NCBI RefSeq assembly: GCF_004010195.1 | Contig: NC_057752.1 | Span: forward strand, 1,149,525-1,189,974 | Direction: 5' to 3' | Length of the DNA stretch: 40,450 bases | From: Chiloscyllium plagiosum | Lineage: Eukaryota | In this document: piece by piece, positions 1-11,417 of the stretch | Layout of the letters: the number at the start of each line of letters is the position of its first letter | How positions within the stretch are numbered: position 1 is the stretch's first letter | Translations under genes and position numbers: made by a program | Notes under the pieces: model-generated | Told to the model about the DNA's origin: nothing | The model's database searches: none | What the model saw: only the letters and a program-made list of their open reading frames with translations

Positions 1-677
1 CAAGCACTGTCTGGTGCAGGGCAGGATGTGGGTAGTGGCATTTTGGACAAGACAGTCAGCAAAAAGCACAAAGAACTGGATGCGAGCAGAAGGAAATGCA
101 AAACCACTAAAATCACGTGACCCAAATAGTCAGCGCCTGAGCATGCAGTCATCAGGCCTTCTCTGCAAAGTCAACACTGATCTCTGACAATCTTCCACGG
201 TGATTGCAGGTCTGGACTTCAGTGTTCTTGGTGGACGTTTCAGTTAGTTGCAGTGCAGCTTTTGCAAAGCAGTTTGCACGGAGGTGAAAGTGGCAGCTTA
301 ACAGTTGAGTTTTCAAGAGAGGAATAATCTAGCATGGAGAGGGTGGAATTGCAGTAATGGGGGTGGAAGCGCAGTGGAATGCACACAACTGCAGGCCACG
401 GCAATTACCAGAGGGTCGCTGAAGTAGTATTTCCTACTGGAAAGCTAATTGCTTCTGCATTATGCAACTCATCCAACCTCCCCTTTCCAATAAAAGCTTG
501 CAAGTTGCTTCACTTCAAGAGATTTGTCTGCCTCATTGTAGGCACTATTAAGTTTTCAGATTTTGCTTCTGAATCATTTTGTGTTCAAAGGCAACACAGC
601 ATTGTCCTGTGAAGTGAGATTGAGGAGATGCAAACTGTATTCTCTGAAGTTTAGAAGAAAAAGAGGTGACCTCCATA

Positions 678-1105
678 ATATGTAGGAGCAGAAGTAGGCC
701 ATTCAGCCATTGAGTTTACACTGACATTCAATGTGATTATGCTTGATGTGATCATCCTCTACTCCACTTTCCAGCATTTTCCCAGGACTCTCGATTCCCT
801 TCCTGATCAAAAAAAAAGTCTGTCTCAGCCTTGAATATGCTTAATGACCCAGCCTCAACAGCCCGCTGCAAGAATTCCACAGATTCACTACCCTCTCAGA
901 AGAAATTCCTCATCTCTTTCTTCCATTAGCAACCTTTTACTCTGAGATTATACCCTCTGGTCCTAGACTCTACCACAAGGAGAAACAACCTCTTCCCATC
1001 TACCTTGTGAAAGCTTCGAAGAATCTTGTATATTTCAATAAAGGTCACTACACATTGGATTTTAGACAATCAGTATAGGTCCAAAGTACTCAACCTCTCT
1101 TATAA
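678..1105 (-). mobile_element. CR1 LINE 3' fragment
   Basis: Reverse complement of the CR1 3' end (gtaggagcagaagtaggccattcagcc...gaattccacagattcactaccctc). Confidence 0.7.
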
Positions 1106-1180
1106 AGAGAGAGTGAAAATGAACACAACCATGTGTTTATTAAGTCAAAGACTTTTAACCCTGGTTCTAGCAAGCAGTTG

Positions 1181-1230
1181 GTGGAGGGGAGGAGGGGGGT
1201 GGGGGGGGGGGGGGGGAGGAGGAGGAGGGG
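1181..1230 (+). repeat. Poly-G / GGA low-complexity tract
   Basis: ggtggaggggaggagggggGT followed by a long G run and (GGA)n. Confidence 0.9.
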
Positions 1231-1819
1231 AAAATCTCATTGACATGCTAAAGATGGTCAGGTGATAAAGAAAGTAGCAACCCCTCAAGGTAGTGGGAGC
1301 AATGAGATCAGTGCAGGGGGCTTTGGTTATGTTGCATTTAGCCACGCCTAAGAAGTGACAAATCAGCCACCAATCTTGTGACAGATTCAGACCAGGAATA
1401 TTCTCTGCACTGTTTTGGGGATGTAGAGTGGGGCCACAAAAGTGGAAATTCAGCCATGGTCTTGGGAACAGCAGGGCAGCCAAGCTGGAGCCAGTCCATG
1501 AGAATTCCTAAACTTGGACTTCTTGGGCAATCATGGATTAGTAAAGGGAACAGGAGTACTTGGCATGGAAAACAAACAGAGCTCCCTGGAAACAGCCATA
1601 ATCATGGTGAAGATTAGAGAGTTTTCTTGGAGGTGGGAGGGAGCAGTGGGGTCAAGGAAGTCAATGAACAACTGAGGGTGAAGGATAGTGCCAAGGCAAG
1701 GAGTACTGGAACTCCCATTCCGTCACTTCCTTTTGATCCTCAAGATAGGTCAAAGTGATATTAAGCAAATTAAGTACTTCTGAAGTATTGTAATGTCGAA
1801 AACAAGCTATATACTATTT

Positions 1820-2812
1820 CAATGGAGAAAGACTACAGAAAGCTGCACAGAGCAGGTGGCTTTGGAAGTCTTCATTCATAAATCAGAAAAAGCCATCAAG
1901 TTCAGCAAGTCATTGGGAAGGTAAGTGGAATATTGGCATTTAGGTCAAAGGGAATGGAGTATAAAATTAGGGAAGTTTTGCCAAAACAATACAAGGCACT
2001 CACCAGACAACAGCTGGAAAGCTGTTAACAGTTTTGGACCTCATACCCAAGGAAGGATATACTGTACTGGCATTGAAGGGAGTCCAGAAAAGGTTCACGA
2101 GATTGATCCTGAGTAAGGAGGGACTGTCTTATGAGGAGAGGTTGAGTAGATTGGGCCTGTACTCACAAATAAAGAAAAGTGACAGACAACTTGATTGAAA
2201 CATACAAGATTCTTAGGGAACTTGACAGGGTAGATGGGGAAAGATTAAAAAGTAGTGCTGGAAAAGCACAGCGGGTCTGGCAGCATCCGAGGAGCAGGAA
2301 AATCGACATTTCGGGCAAAAGCCCTTCATCAGGGCTTCATCATTCCTGATGAAAGGCTTTTGCCCGAAACGTCGACTTTCCTGCTCCTCGGATGCTGTCT
2401 GACCTGCTGTGCTTTTCCAGCACCATACTAATCTAGACTCTGATTTCCAGTACCTGCAGTCCTCACTTTTGCCTAGATGGAGAAAGGTTGTTTTCCCTTG
2501 TGGGAGAGTCTAGGGCCAGAGGGCATCATCTCAGAATAACAGTTGCACATTTAAGGCAGAGATGAAGAGGAACTTCTTCTCTGAGGAGTAATGAATCTGT
2601 GGAATCCTTTACCACAGAGGCCTGTTGAAGCTGAGTCATTAAGAGTATTCAAGGCTGAGATTAAACAAATTTTTAAAACAGTGAAGGAATCAAGGGTTAT
2701 AGAGAAAAGGCAGGAAAGTGGAGTTGAGGACATCAGGTCAGCCATGGTGTCACTGAATAGCTGAGCAGACTCAATGGGCTGAGTGGCCTCTTTCTGCATC
2801 TATGTATTATGG
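1820..2812 (+). mobile_element. CR1 LINE 3' fragment (decayed RT C-terminus plus 3'UTR), interrupted by a hairpin insertion at 2247-2473
   Basis: Typical CR1 3' sequence (ggaatggagtataaaa...gaatctgtggaatcc...gggctgagtggcct...ctatgt). Confidence 0.8.
2247..2473. mobile_element. Short inverted-arm Penelope-like (pLTR-derived) insertion with hammerhead-like cores, family A
   Basis: Arm of about 2255-2332 is the reverse complement of about 2346-2423. Core CTGATGA-AAGGC-TTTT-GCCC-GAAACGTC at 2346-2373. Flanked by tagatggggaaagatt (2231-2246) and tagatggagaaaggtt (2474-2489). Confidence 0.75.
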
Positions 2813-3189
2813 TAGCCCATTTGTACACAGGAAGCTCTCAAAAACAGCAATAGGACACTGATGTCAGTTGAGAGATAAAACATTGGGGAGTATTCATGCA
2901 GTTTTTGCTCACACAAGTTCCACAGGAGCTTGGAATTATCCAGAAGAGTGGCATATAGGGTTTCAGTTTGACAAATCACCCAAAAAACAGCACCTCAGAC
3001 AATATAGCACTCCCTCAGTCTTGCACTGGCGTGTCAATCGGTGCATCATGCTGTTTGCATGTCTGACTAACAAACCCCTGAAGCAATTCCTCCACTTGGA
3101 ACTCAGTCACGGCAAGGTGAACATAAATACATGAGAGATGACTTCAAAGTATGGATGAAGTGATCAAACAGCCCAATGACCCATGGGAG

Positions 3190-3465
3190 TCTCTGAACTA
3201 AGGCTAAGAAAATGATGCAGACTCTTTCGGAAAGGCAACAAACTTACTGAGAGACTTCATTGGGAATGTGCAAAGGGAAGGCAAGGCATCAGGAGGGAGT
3301 ACACAACCCTCCAAACAACCCCTCGCCCCAACCCTTCCAGCACCATCTGCCCCACACAATGGCAGAGTTGGCAGATCATGCATCAGACTCACCAGCTATC
3401 TCATAGCCCATCAAACCAGAGAGGAGGCAAGTCATCCTCAATCCTGAGGGACTGCCTCAGAAGAT
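3190..3465 (+). mobile_element. RTE-clade LINE 3' fragment
   Basis: Decayed C-terminal CPxCGRxCRSRIGLxSH-like coding (ctgccccacacaatggcagagttggcagatcatgcatcagactc) and tail ...gagggactgcctcagaaga. Confidence 0.5.
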
Positions 3466-5289
3466 GTGCTCTTGCCTTTAGAGTGGCATTTGAACCTGCT
3501 TTATGAGTGCAATTTGTGGTTAGGCCTCCATTGGATTATTGCACATCATTTAAAGCACAAGACTTTTCAGAAAGATATCAAAGTCCTGAGGATAGGGTGC
3601 AGAGAAGGTTTTAAAGCCAGGAATGAGATCAGGGATGAAAGAGTAAAGTTATACAGAAAGATAGGAGAACAATCCTAGCTTCTCCATTGAGCTAAGAAGA
3701 CTAAGGGGAGACCAAGTACAGGGATTCAAAATGGAGAGATTTAAAAGAACGAGTAATGAGAAATTGTTTCCCCTGGCAAAGGGTCAGATTTAAAATAATT
3801 GGCAGAAGAACTGAAGGGGAAGTGAGGAGACATTGCTTCACACAGAGTTTATTATGGTCCAAAATTCACTGCCTAAAAAAGGGTGGTGGAGTCAAATTCC
3901 AGAGGGACTTCCAAAAAAAAGAAAACAATTGGATCTATACTTGAAAAGGACTAACATGCAGGTTTTTAGGACAAAACGCTAAGAGCTTTTGTGGCACAAA
4001 TGGTAATGTCTGTGTAACTGAGCTACTAACTCTAAGCCCTGGAAGTGTGACCAGGGGAGGGAGGTATCGAAGGTAGGGAAAAGAAACTAGATGTGCAGCT
4101 AAACTGGACAACACTCACAAACGTCCAATGTATGCATTGTAAGATTTTAACTGAGCAGTACAGAATGGAGATGCCATTGCGAGGAAGGGAGAGGGGTATT
4201 GGAGCAAGGAACTCCATCAGAAGGAAGACAAGCCCCCAGATAATTTCTTAAACTGTATGCCCTGCAAATCCTTGCCTAACTGCCAATCTTTGAAGTTGGA
4301 TTCCTGTCCTAGAAAACCCAGTGAAAAGGTTTAAAGGTTTACTCTTTTACTTAAAGATCTTGCAGGTTAAACAGCCTACCTGTTCTTCCACTTCCTCACA
4401 CACCCCTGCATTCCCCTCCCCCATTTCAAGTCTTCCCCAACCCCCACCAGCTCTCACACGCTTCCCTTTCCTCACAGACTCTCAGCATGGGGTCCCAGCA
4501 ATTTTCAAACATCAACATGGGATCGCAATGGGATAAGGTTTGGAAAGCAATAAGACACATCCTGACAGTCAGCAGCATAGTAAGGCAGTAAACTTACCTC
4601 CCCTTTCAAACAGAGGAACAGCCCAGTGTGTCCCAGCCCAATGAGCCCCTGTCTCACCAAAAGGGAGGGAAAGGGGGAACAAGAACACATTTTGTTTTTC
4701 CAAAAGAAAATGGCCAGGGGCCTCTTAACCAAAGCCAAACAATGTTTTTATTTTTTAAGCCAATCTTAATAAGCATTAATTGATGCCTCGAAATTGTCCC
4801 TTTTAAACAAAACAAAGCATGCACATTTAATGAGAGATTCCACAGTCTTGCTACCCCCAATGTGTGAATAAAAATTGCTCAACAATTCAAGTATTTTTTA
4901 GTGCATGAGAAAGTAAAAAGGAAAGTGAAGCGAGGGGAAACACAAGGACAGTGTGAGCGCTTATGTGAATCATGATACTTTTTCTAAAAAAAAGTATACA
5001 TTACAACATACCATCATGACTGATTGGGAAAATTTGATCACCCTCTCCGGGGAAAGGTTGTTGAGGGGGCGGTGTGGAGCAATGAGAAAGATTTGAAAGA
5101 AAGCATGGAGGGGAAGCACTTAGGCATATTCATGAAATATTTCCCAGCCCACACAGTTATTGCCTGCAATTTTACTTCTTCTCAAAATAGTAAGGTTATA
5201 TCTATTTACAATTCCATTCCACTGCCTTCACCCCAATCCCCCATGTCGGCTGGTAGTTATTTTAAACACAGAGGTCACGGGGTGGTAGA

Positions 5290-5977
5290 CATTTATGAAT
5301 CACAGAAGGTTGGTCTGCAGGTACAACAAGTAATTAGGAAGGCATATGAAATTTTGCCCTTCATTGCTAAAGGGGTTGAGTTTAAAAGCAGAGAGGTAAT
5401 GTTGCAGCTGTACAAGGTGCTGGTGAGGCCACACCTGGAGTACTGTGTGCAGTTTTGGTCTCCTTACTTGAGGAAAGGATGTACTGGTACTGGAGGGGGT
5501 GCAGAGGAGGTTCACTAGGTTGATTTTGGAGTTGAGAGGGTTGGTTTATGAGGAAAAACTGAGTGGATTGGGATTATAGTCATGGGAATTTAGAAGAATG
5601 AGATGGGAATCTTATCGAAACAAAACAATTATGAAGGGAATCGATAAATTAGAAATAGTTAGGATGTTTCCACTGGCAGGTGAAGCTAGGACAAGAGGGC
5701 ATAGCCTCAAGAAGGCATAGAGGAAGCAGATTAAGAACTGAATTGAGAAGGAATTTTGTCACCCAGAAGGTTATTAATTCTTTGCCCGGGAAAGTAGGTG
5801 ACACTACTTCAGTAAGTCTAAGGTAGATATTTCTTTGAAAAATAAAGGAATTAAGCAATGTGGCGAGAGCACGGTTAAGTGGAGCTGGGTCTACGAAAAG
5901 ATTAGCCATGATCTTATCGAATGGTGGAGAAGGCTCGAAGGGGCGGACAGCCTACTCCTGCTCCTAGTTCTTATGTA
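5290..5977 (+). mobile_element. CR1 LINE 3' fragment (RT C-terminal region)
   Basis: ORF 5024-5518 ends in QVQQVIRKAYEILPFIAKGVEFKSREVMLQLYKVLVRPHLEYCVQFWSPYLRK (canonical CR1 ORF2). The 3' end is cctactcctgctcctagttcttatgt. Confidence 0.9.
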
Positions 5978-6270
5978 CTGCTGTTAGCTGACTGCTTTTC
6001 ACCTGAAAGGGATTGGGTGACAATTTGAATCAGTGATAGACGGGGGCAGGGGGTGGGGACAATGACCATATTTTTCATGCCAGCCACCCAGTGCGAGAGC
6101 AGGGACAGTAGCCCAGTGTGGAGCATGGTGACAGCCAACAGTCAGACCACGTGGAGGCCCCTTGCGCTATTCCATTTTACAGCCTTTGGAGAGAGACTGT
6201 GATATTTGTCTTTTTAACTTTGCTTCTTGTTTTTCTGACTTATGGTCATACTGTGCATAGTTGTAATGTA

Positions 6271-6443
6271 GAACTGGAAAAGCGCAGCAGGTCAGGCAGC
6301 ATCCAAGGAGCAGGAGAATCAACATTTCGGGCATAAGCTCTTCTTCAGGAAGAAGGGCTTATGCCCGAAACATTGATTCTCCTGCTCCTTGGATGCTGCC
6401 TGACCTGCTGCGCTTCTCCAGCATCTGCAGTCCTCACTTTCTC
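6271..6443. mobile_element. Short inverted-arm Penelope-like insertion, family A
   Basis: ctggaaaagcgcagcaggtcaggcagcatcc...gggcttatgcccgaaac...gctgcctgacctgctgcgcttctccag. 12-bp duplication agttgtaatgta at 6259-6270 and 6444-6455. Confidence 0.75.
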
Positions 6444-6721
6444 AGTTGTAATGTAACCTTGTTTTTCTTCATTTCTCTATTCTGTAACTAAGGGTTGTAT
6501 CTAGGTACCTTTGTATCGAAGATGGCACTGTAAGTGGCAACTTATAAACTTTTCACGGTACTCATTTGAGTACCTTAATAGTAAAGCTAATTCAATTCAA
6601 TACCAGACAGCATTTACAAGCAGACCTGTAGACGAGTGGACAGCACAATAAGGTGGGATGTTCTGCAAATATACAAATCAGGGGCCTACCTCAGTTCTCA
6701 GAGCTTTCAAAAACAGGTGGA

Positions 6722-6950
6722 TAAAATAACTCCACAGAGGCCGGTATCCCATTACCAAGTCATCCTTTATTTACACGTGGAGTGTCCTGGACTTTGATCT
6801 AGCTCCCTTAGAGGCATCTCCCAGTGAACCTCTGACTCTCCTGTTTATATCTGTCAGCCAGAGCTTCCTGATTATACCAGGTTAACAGCCCCAATCAGGG
6901 AGCTCATATTCTATGAGGTCCACCTAGCTGACCTCGTTCCAAATCATTAG
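6722..6950 (-). mobile_element. Solo LTR (Gypsy-type, probable)
   Basis: On the minus strand: CCAAT-like boxes, TATA-like gatataaacag and AATAAA in LTR order within about 230 bp. Termini decayed. Confidence 0.5.
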
Positions 6951-7027
6951 TGGGTGTGTCTTGCCTGGCACTCTGCCCATTTGCACTAAGCCGTTTGAGA
7001 GGCTGAATAGATGGAGGCAATTTTCCA

Positions 7028-7787
7028 TGGAGTGTCAGAAGTCAAGGGGGAACCTTTAGAGGTTCTGGATGTAGGTTTGCTCGCTGAGCTAGGAGGTTCA
7101 TTTCCAGACGTTTTGTCACCCTACTAGGTAACATCTTCAGAGGGCCTCAGGGCAAAGCAGTGGACATGATTCCTGCTTTCTCTTTATATGTTTGGGTTTC
7201 TTTGGGTGGGTGATGTCATTTCCTGTGGTGTTGTCATTTCATGCTCTTTTTCTCAGGGGGTGGTAAATGTGGTCTAACTCGATATGTTTGTTGATAGAGT
7301 TCCAGCTGGAATGCCATGCTTCTAGGAATTCTCGTGCGTGTCTCTCTGTTTGGCTTGTCCTAAGATGGATGTGTTGTCCCAGTCTAAGTGGTGTCCTTCC
7401 TTAACTGTATGTAAAAATACTAGTGAGAGAGGGTCATGTCGTTTTGTGGCTATGGATAGAGATAGGGTGATTAGCCAAGGTCTTTTTCCCCAGAGTAGGT
7501 GAGTTCAAAACTAGGGGGCATAGGTTTAAAGTGAGAGGGGAAAGTTTTAAAAGGGACTCAAGGGGCAACTTTTTCACAGAGGGTGGTGTGTGTATGGAAT
7601 AAGCTGCCAGAGGAAGTAGTGGAGGCTGGTACAATTACAACATTTAAAAAGGCATCTAGATGGGTACATGAATAGGAAGGGTTTAAGAGGGATATGAGTC
7701 AAATGGGACTAGATTAATTTAGGATACCTAGTCAGCATGGAAAAGTTGGACCAAAAGGTCAGCTTCCATGCTCTACATCTCTATGAT
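7028..7787 (+). mobile_element. CR1 LINE 3' fragment interrupted by a Penelope-like element
   Basis: CR1 sequence at 7028-7061 resumes at about 7453 (gatagggtgattagccaaggtctttttcccc...gggcataggtttaaagtgagaggggaaag...ctctatg). Confidence 0.75.
7062..7452 (-). mobile_element. Penelope-like element 3' fragment: GIY-YIG endonuclease C-terminus plus hammerhead-like motif
   Basis: Minus strand reads ATKRHDPLSLVFLHTVKEGHHLDWDNTSILGQAKQR/(frameshift)HAREFLEAWHSSWNSINKHIELDHIYHPLRKRA*. Downstream is CTGAAGA-TGTTACC-TAGTAG-GGTGAC-aAAACGTC (7107-7140). Confidence 0.8.
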
Positions 7788-8044
7788 GAAACACCAGGCC
7801 TTCAGGTGGCCATGCAACAAGCATCCAGAAAGCTGCACATTTCTTTTTCGGTTTAAAATGATTTGGTCCAGGAGAATCAGGTACACACAAATCCATTTCC
7901 TTCTTCCAATCCAAGTTATGGAGATGTTGGCACCAAGGTTTGTGCCTTGTGCCTCCATTCCAATATTCAGTGCTTGAAAGAATTTCACAGGCAGTTTTAT
8001 ACAGGCACACACACGTTCTCTATAAAGAACAGTGAAGGGAGGGG

Positions 8045-8220
8045 TTAGAATTAGAATTAGGCTTATTGTTACGTGCACCACTGATACAGAACAGTGAAAT
8101 ATGTACAAAACCACTATTCCTGGTGCCATCTTAGGGACAAAGCTACCTAGGTACAAAATCTGAGGTACAAAATAGAAAAACAAAGTTAAAAGTTCAACAT
8201 CACAGTCCTTCTATAGCCAT
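8045..8220 (-). mobile_element. Interspersed repeat 3' end with short-tandem tail; an inverted relative lies at about 6456-6600 (+)
   Basis: gtgccatcttag...tacctaggtacaa here versus ttgtatctaggtacc...aagatggcac at about 6497-6529. Tails are (ttaga) and (attca). Confidence 0.5.
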
Positions 8221-9156
8221 GAGCCTGCATTCGCTCCACGCTGGGCTTTCCCTACGAGGGCTCGCTCACCCCCTGCACTGGGTCCACACTGCCAAGGGCT
8301 CATTCTACCCCTGCACTGCACCCACAATCCCCATGGGGGCTAGTTCTCCCCCCACACTAAGCCCACACTCCCCACAAGGGCTCAGTCTCCCCAATGCTGG
8401 GCTGAGTCCTTCAATACCAACTGCCATCTGGGCTCACTACCAAATGCCAAAGGTAGCTGATTGCAGGGAATCCCTATACTGGCAAGTCCCCAGTTTAAAT
8501 TGAAATCTGGTCTATGTATGGAAGTCAGTCAACTCAACAAGATGTAGTTCCCCCCCCAGTAGTGTGCAATTGGGCTTCATATAAAGATAGGGAAAGATCA
8601 GAGAATCTTGGACCCTTGAAGATGAGGACTTTTTTTTTTTAAAGTGAGTAGGGTGTGTGGTAGTTAGGAATTTAAATTCAATTAATAAATCTGGAATGGA
8701 AAGCTTGCCTCAGTGACGACCACAACCACCACCAGAGGTGAACTCAATGGGTTTTATGACAAACAAAGCTTTTTAGGAAAGGAAATCTGGCATTCTTATT
8801 TGGTCTGGCCTACACGTGACTCCAACCCCACAGCAATGAAATGTCCTCACAAGCCACTCAGTTCAAGGAGCAAAAAAATGTTTGTCTCCTAAGAGAACAA
8901 GACGATATAAACAAAACAGTGCTGACTAGGTATGCCATTCCCTCGGGACACTATGTAGCTTTGAACAAGATTTAAAGGTCACAGATATTGTAGGTCATAT
9001 GATCAAAAGCAAAAGTAGATTTGAGGTCTCCTGATTTATTCCCAGGGTTAAACCAAATGGATGAATGTGTACACCCTTTGTTGATGCCCCTTTAAGCAGT
9101 TCATTACAATGCTAGCCTTTCCTGGGTCTGTCATGGCAACATTCATTGTACATGAT

Positions 9157-9272
9157 TCGGAGATGCCGGTGTTGGATTGGGGTGTACAAAGTTAAAAATC
9201 ACCTGATGAAGGAGCGTCGCTCCAAAAGCTAGTGTGCTTCCAATTAAACCTGTGTGTTGTGTGATTTTTAAC
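9157..9272 (+). mobile_element. Short Penelope-like insertion with hammerhead-like core, family B
   Basis: cac-CTGATGA-A-GGAGC-gtc-GCTCC-aAAA-GCTA-gtg (9200-9234). 15-bp direct repeat ttcattgtacatgat at 9142-9156 and 9273-9287. Confidence 0.75.
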
Positions 9273-10164
9273 TTCATTGTACATGATAGTGATTGTCTCA
9301 GGATTGAAGTGCAGCTCAAGTGCTTTAAAGGGCTAAGTTGGTGCAGGTCAAAGACAATCAGATGACATGAGGCAGGAGAAGCCATATTTCAAGAACAAAT
9401 GACAATGCGCCCAAACACCCAATCTCAAGCATTCTGTGAGGCTGAATTATACTAGTGACAGTATAACAGAAATTTGCAACTCCCAAGGATATGGGAGACC
9501 TCATTATCCCCACGATATAGGCCATAATCTGAACAGCAGTGTTATTTAACAGTGTTTAGTGAGTAAGTGGAGACATGGATCTAGGGATTATACCTACTTT
9601 CTACTGGCTTAACATTCATACACTAAATCACTCACCATTTTTTCATCACTGGAGGCAATTCATGCTCATTAACATTCACATGGTAATTTAAATTATAGGC
9701 TTCATTCTTAGCAAGTTGGTGTGTGCAACATTGCCCAGTGTGAAACAGAGCCAAACTGACCACAAAGACCCTTGGTTCATCTCAGTGCTTTCTGTTCCAG
9801 ATGCCAGTGGAAGCAGGTGTGGGTATAGGGGTGAGGGGGACAAGAGAGAGACAATCAGAAACAGCACCCCTGGATAAGGGAGGGGTAACGAATGCCAGTC
9901 ATAGTCCTTATCCTCGATACTTGTGCAGAGATGTACCCAGAATATATTTTGCAGAAAGTTCACATTGTTGGATACAGCGAATGTGCAGGGTTGGGCTTTC
10001 ACATATTGCCAGCCAACACTCACATAGGAAACACAAGATACAAGAGTCAGTCATTCAGGCTCTCGAGTCTTCTCTACCAGCCAATAAACTCATGACTGAA
10101 CAGATCAAAACCTCAGCGCAACTCTCCTTCCTGCCCCCTTGTACATCAGAAGCCCATCTAACTC

Positions 10165-11080
10165 AGAAATATGTTCAATGCCCCAGTCTCTCAGAGGGAA
10201 AGAATTCTGAGAATTAACAACCCTCAAGGAAAAAAAACCTCCTTTCTCTTGGTCTTAAATGGAAGGTCAGCCTCTAGTTCTTGATTACACAACAAGAAAC
10301 AACATCCTGTCAGCATCCATCATGTCAAGTCTGATCAGAATTTTATAGGCTTTAACCAAGGACTATTTAATTTCAAATATCTTGCCTAAAAAAAAAGGTG
10401 GGGAAAGCAGATTCAATGGTAAACATCAAAACAGAACAGAACTTGTACTTAAAGACTTCTCTTCATGTGGCATGATTATGAGCACATACAACATTAAAAA
10501 AAGCAGGAATAGGCCACTTGGCCCTTCAAGCCTGATCCACTATTCAATAAGATTATGGCTGATCATCCAACTCAGTCCCCTGTTCCTACTTTTCCCCAAT
10601 CCTTTGACGCTTTAAGCTCACAGCTACGTCCATCTCATTCTTCTGGACCCCAATGGATATGGGCCAGGCCTGTCCAATCTTTCTTCATGATAGAAGTCCC
10701 CCATCCCAAGAATCAGTTGAGCAAACTTTCTCTGAACTTCTCCTAACTCATTTATCTCCTTTCTTAGGATAGGCAGACTAGTACTGTGCACAGCACCCCA
10801 GATATGACTCACCAATGTCCTGTAAAACCACAGCAAAATATATAAGACCACAAAATATTGGTGCAGAATTAGGCCATTCACCTCAGAGTAGAGTGTGGGG
10901 TGCTGGAAAAGCACAGCAGGTCAGGCAGCATCCGAGGAGCAGGAGAATCGACATTTTGGGCAAAAGCCCTTCATCAGGAATGAGCCTGATTCAGCTCAGT
11001 CTGCTCCACCATTTCATCATGGCTGATGTGCTTCTCAATCCCATTTTCCTGCCTTCTCCCCAGAAAACTTGATCCCATTA
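10165..11080 (-). mobile_element. Cluster of CR1 3' fragments
   Basis: Minus ORF 10624-10914 contains YRTLVSHI...RKEINELGEVQRKFAQLILGMGDFYHEERLDRPG. Repeated aggccattc-type 3' ends. Confidence 0.65.
10887..10988 (-). mobile_element. Single-arm family A Penelope-like insertion with hammerhead-like core
   Basis: Minus strand: ttcCTGATGAAGGGCTTTTGCCCaAAATGTC. Flanked by attcacctcag (10876-10886) and attcagctcag (10989-10999). Confidence 0.7.
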
Positions 11081-11084
11081 AAGG

Positions 11085-11417
11085 GAGGCACAGTGGTTAA
11101 CATTCTGCCTCACAGCGCCAGGGACCCAGGTTCAATTCCAGCTATGCATGACTGTCTGTGTAGAGTTTGCATGTTCTCCCCATGTCTGCTTGGGTTTGAC
11201 AGATGCTCTGGTTACCTCCCACAGTCCAAAGATATGCATACTGGGTGAATTGGCCATGCTAAATTATCCATAATGTCCAGGGACGTGCAGGTTAGGTGGG
11301 TTAGTCACAGGAAATGCAGGGTTATGGAGATAACGTGGGGGACTGGGTCTGGGTAGGATGCTCTTTGGAGATTCGGGGCAAACTCGTTAGGTCGAATGAC
11401 CTCTTTCCGAACAGTAG
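11085..11417 (+). mobile_element. HE1-type tRNA-derived SINE (V-SINE)
   Basis: ggcacagtggtt (A box), ggttcaattcc (B box), V-domain gagtttgcatgttctcccc...tcccacagtccaaaga...ggccatgctaaatt. Confidence 0.85.

Noticed and set aside
1..445. Unique sequence with a possible minus-strand acceptor (ttagctttccag) as a candidate FMNL exon 2
   Set aside because: All frames close early and none resembles [20 protein letters not shown].
1145..1483. Poly-proline ORF resembling a formin FH1 domain on the same strand as FMNL
   Set aside because: Produced by the poly-G tract, with no formin-like flanks or splice sites. FH1 lies many exons downstream of exon 1.
5024..5518. 164-aa ORF as a host gene
   Set aside because: Its C-terminal half is a CR1 ORF2 remnant and the N-terminal half is unrelated flanking sequence.
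11085..11140. tRNA-like A/B boxes (also near 25380, 32058, 34240, 37335 and 39880)
   Set aside because: These are heads of HE1 SINEs, followed by the V-domain and LINE-derived tail. They are not tRNA genes.
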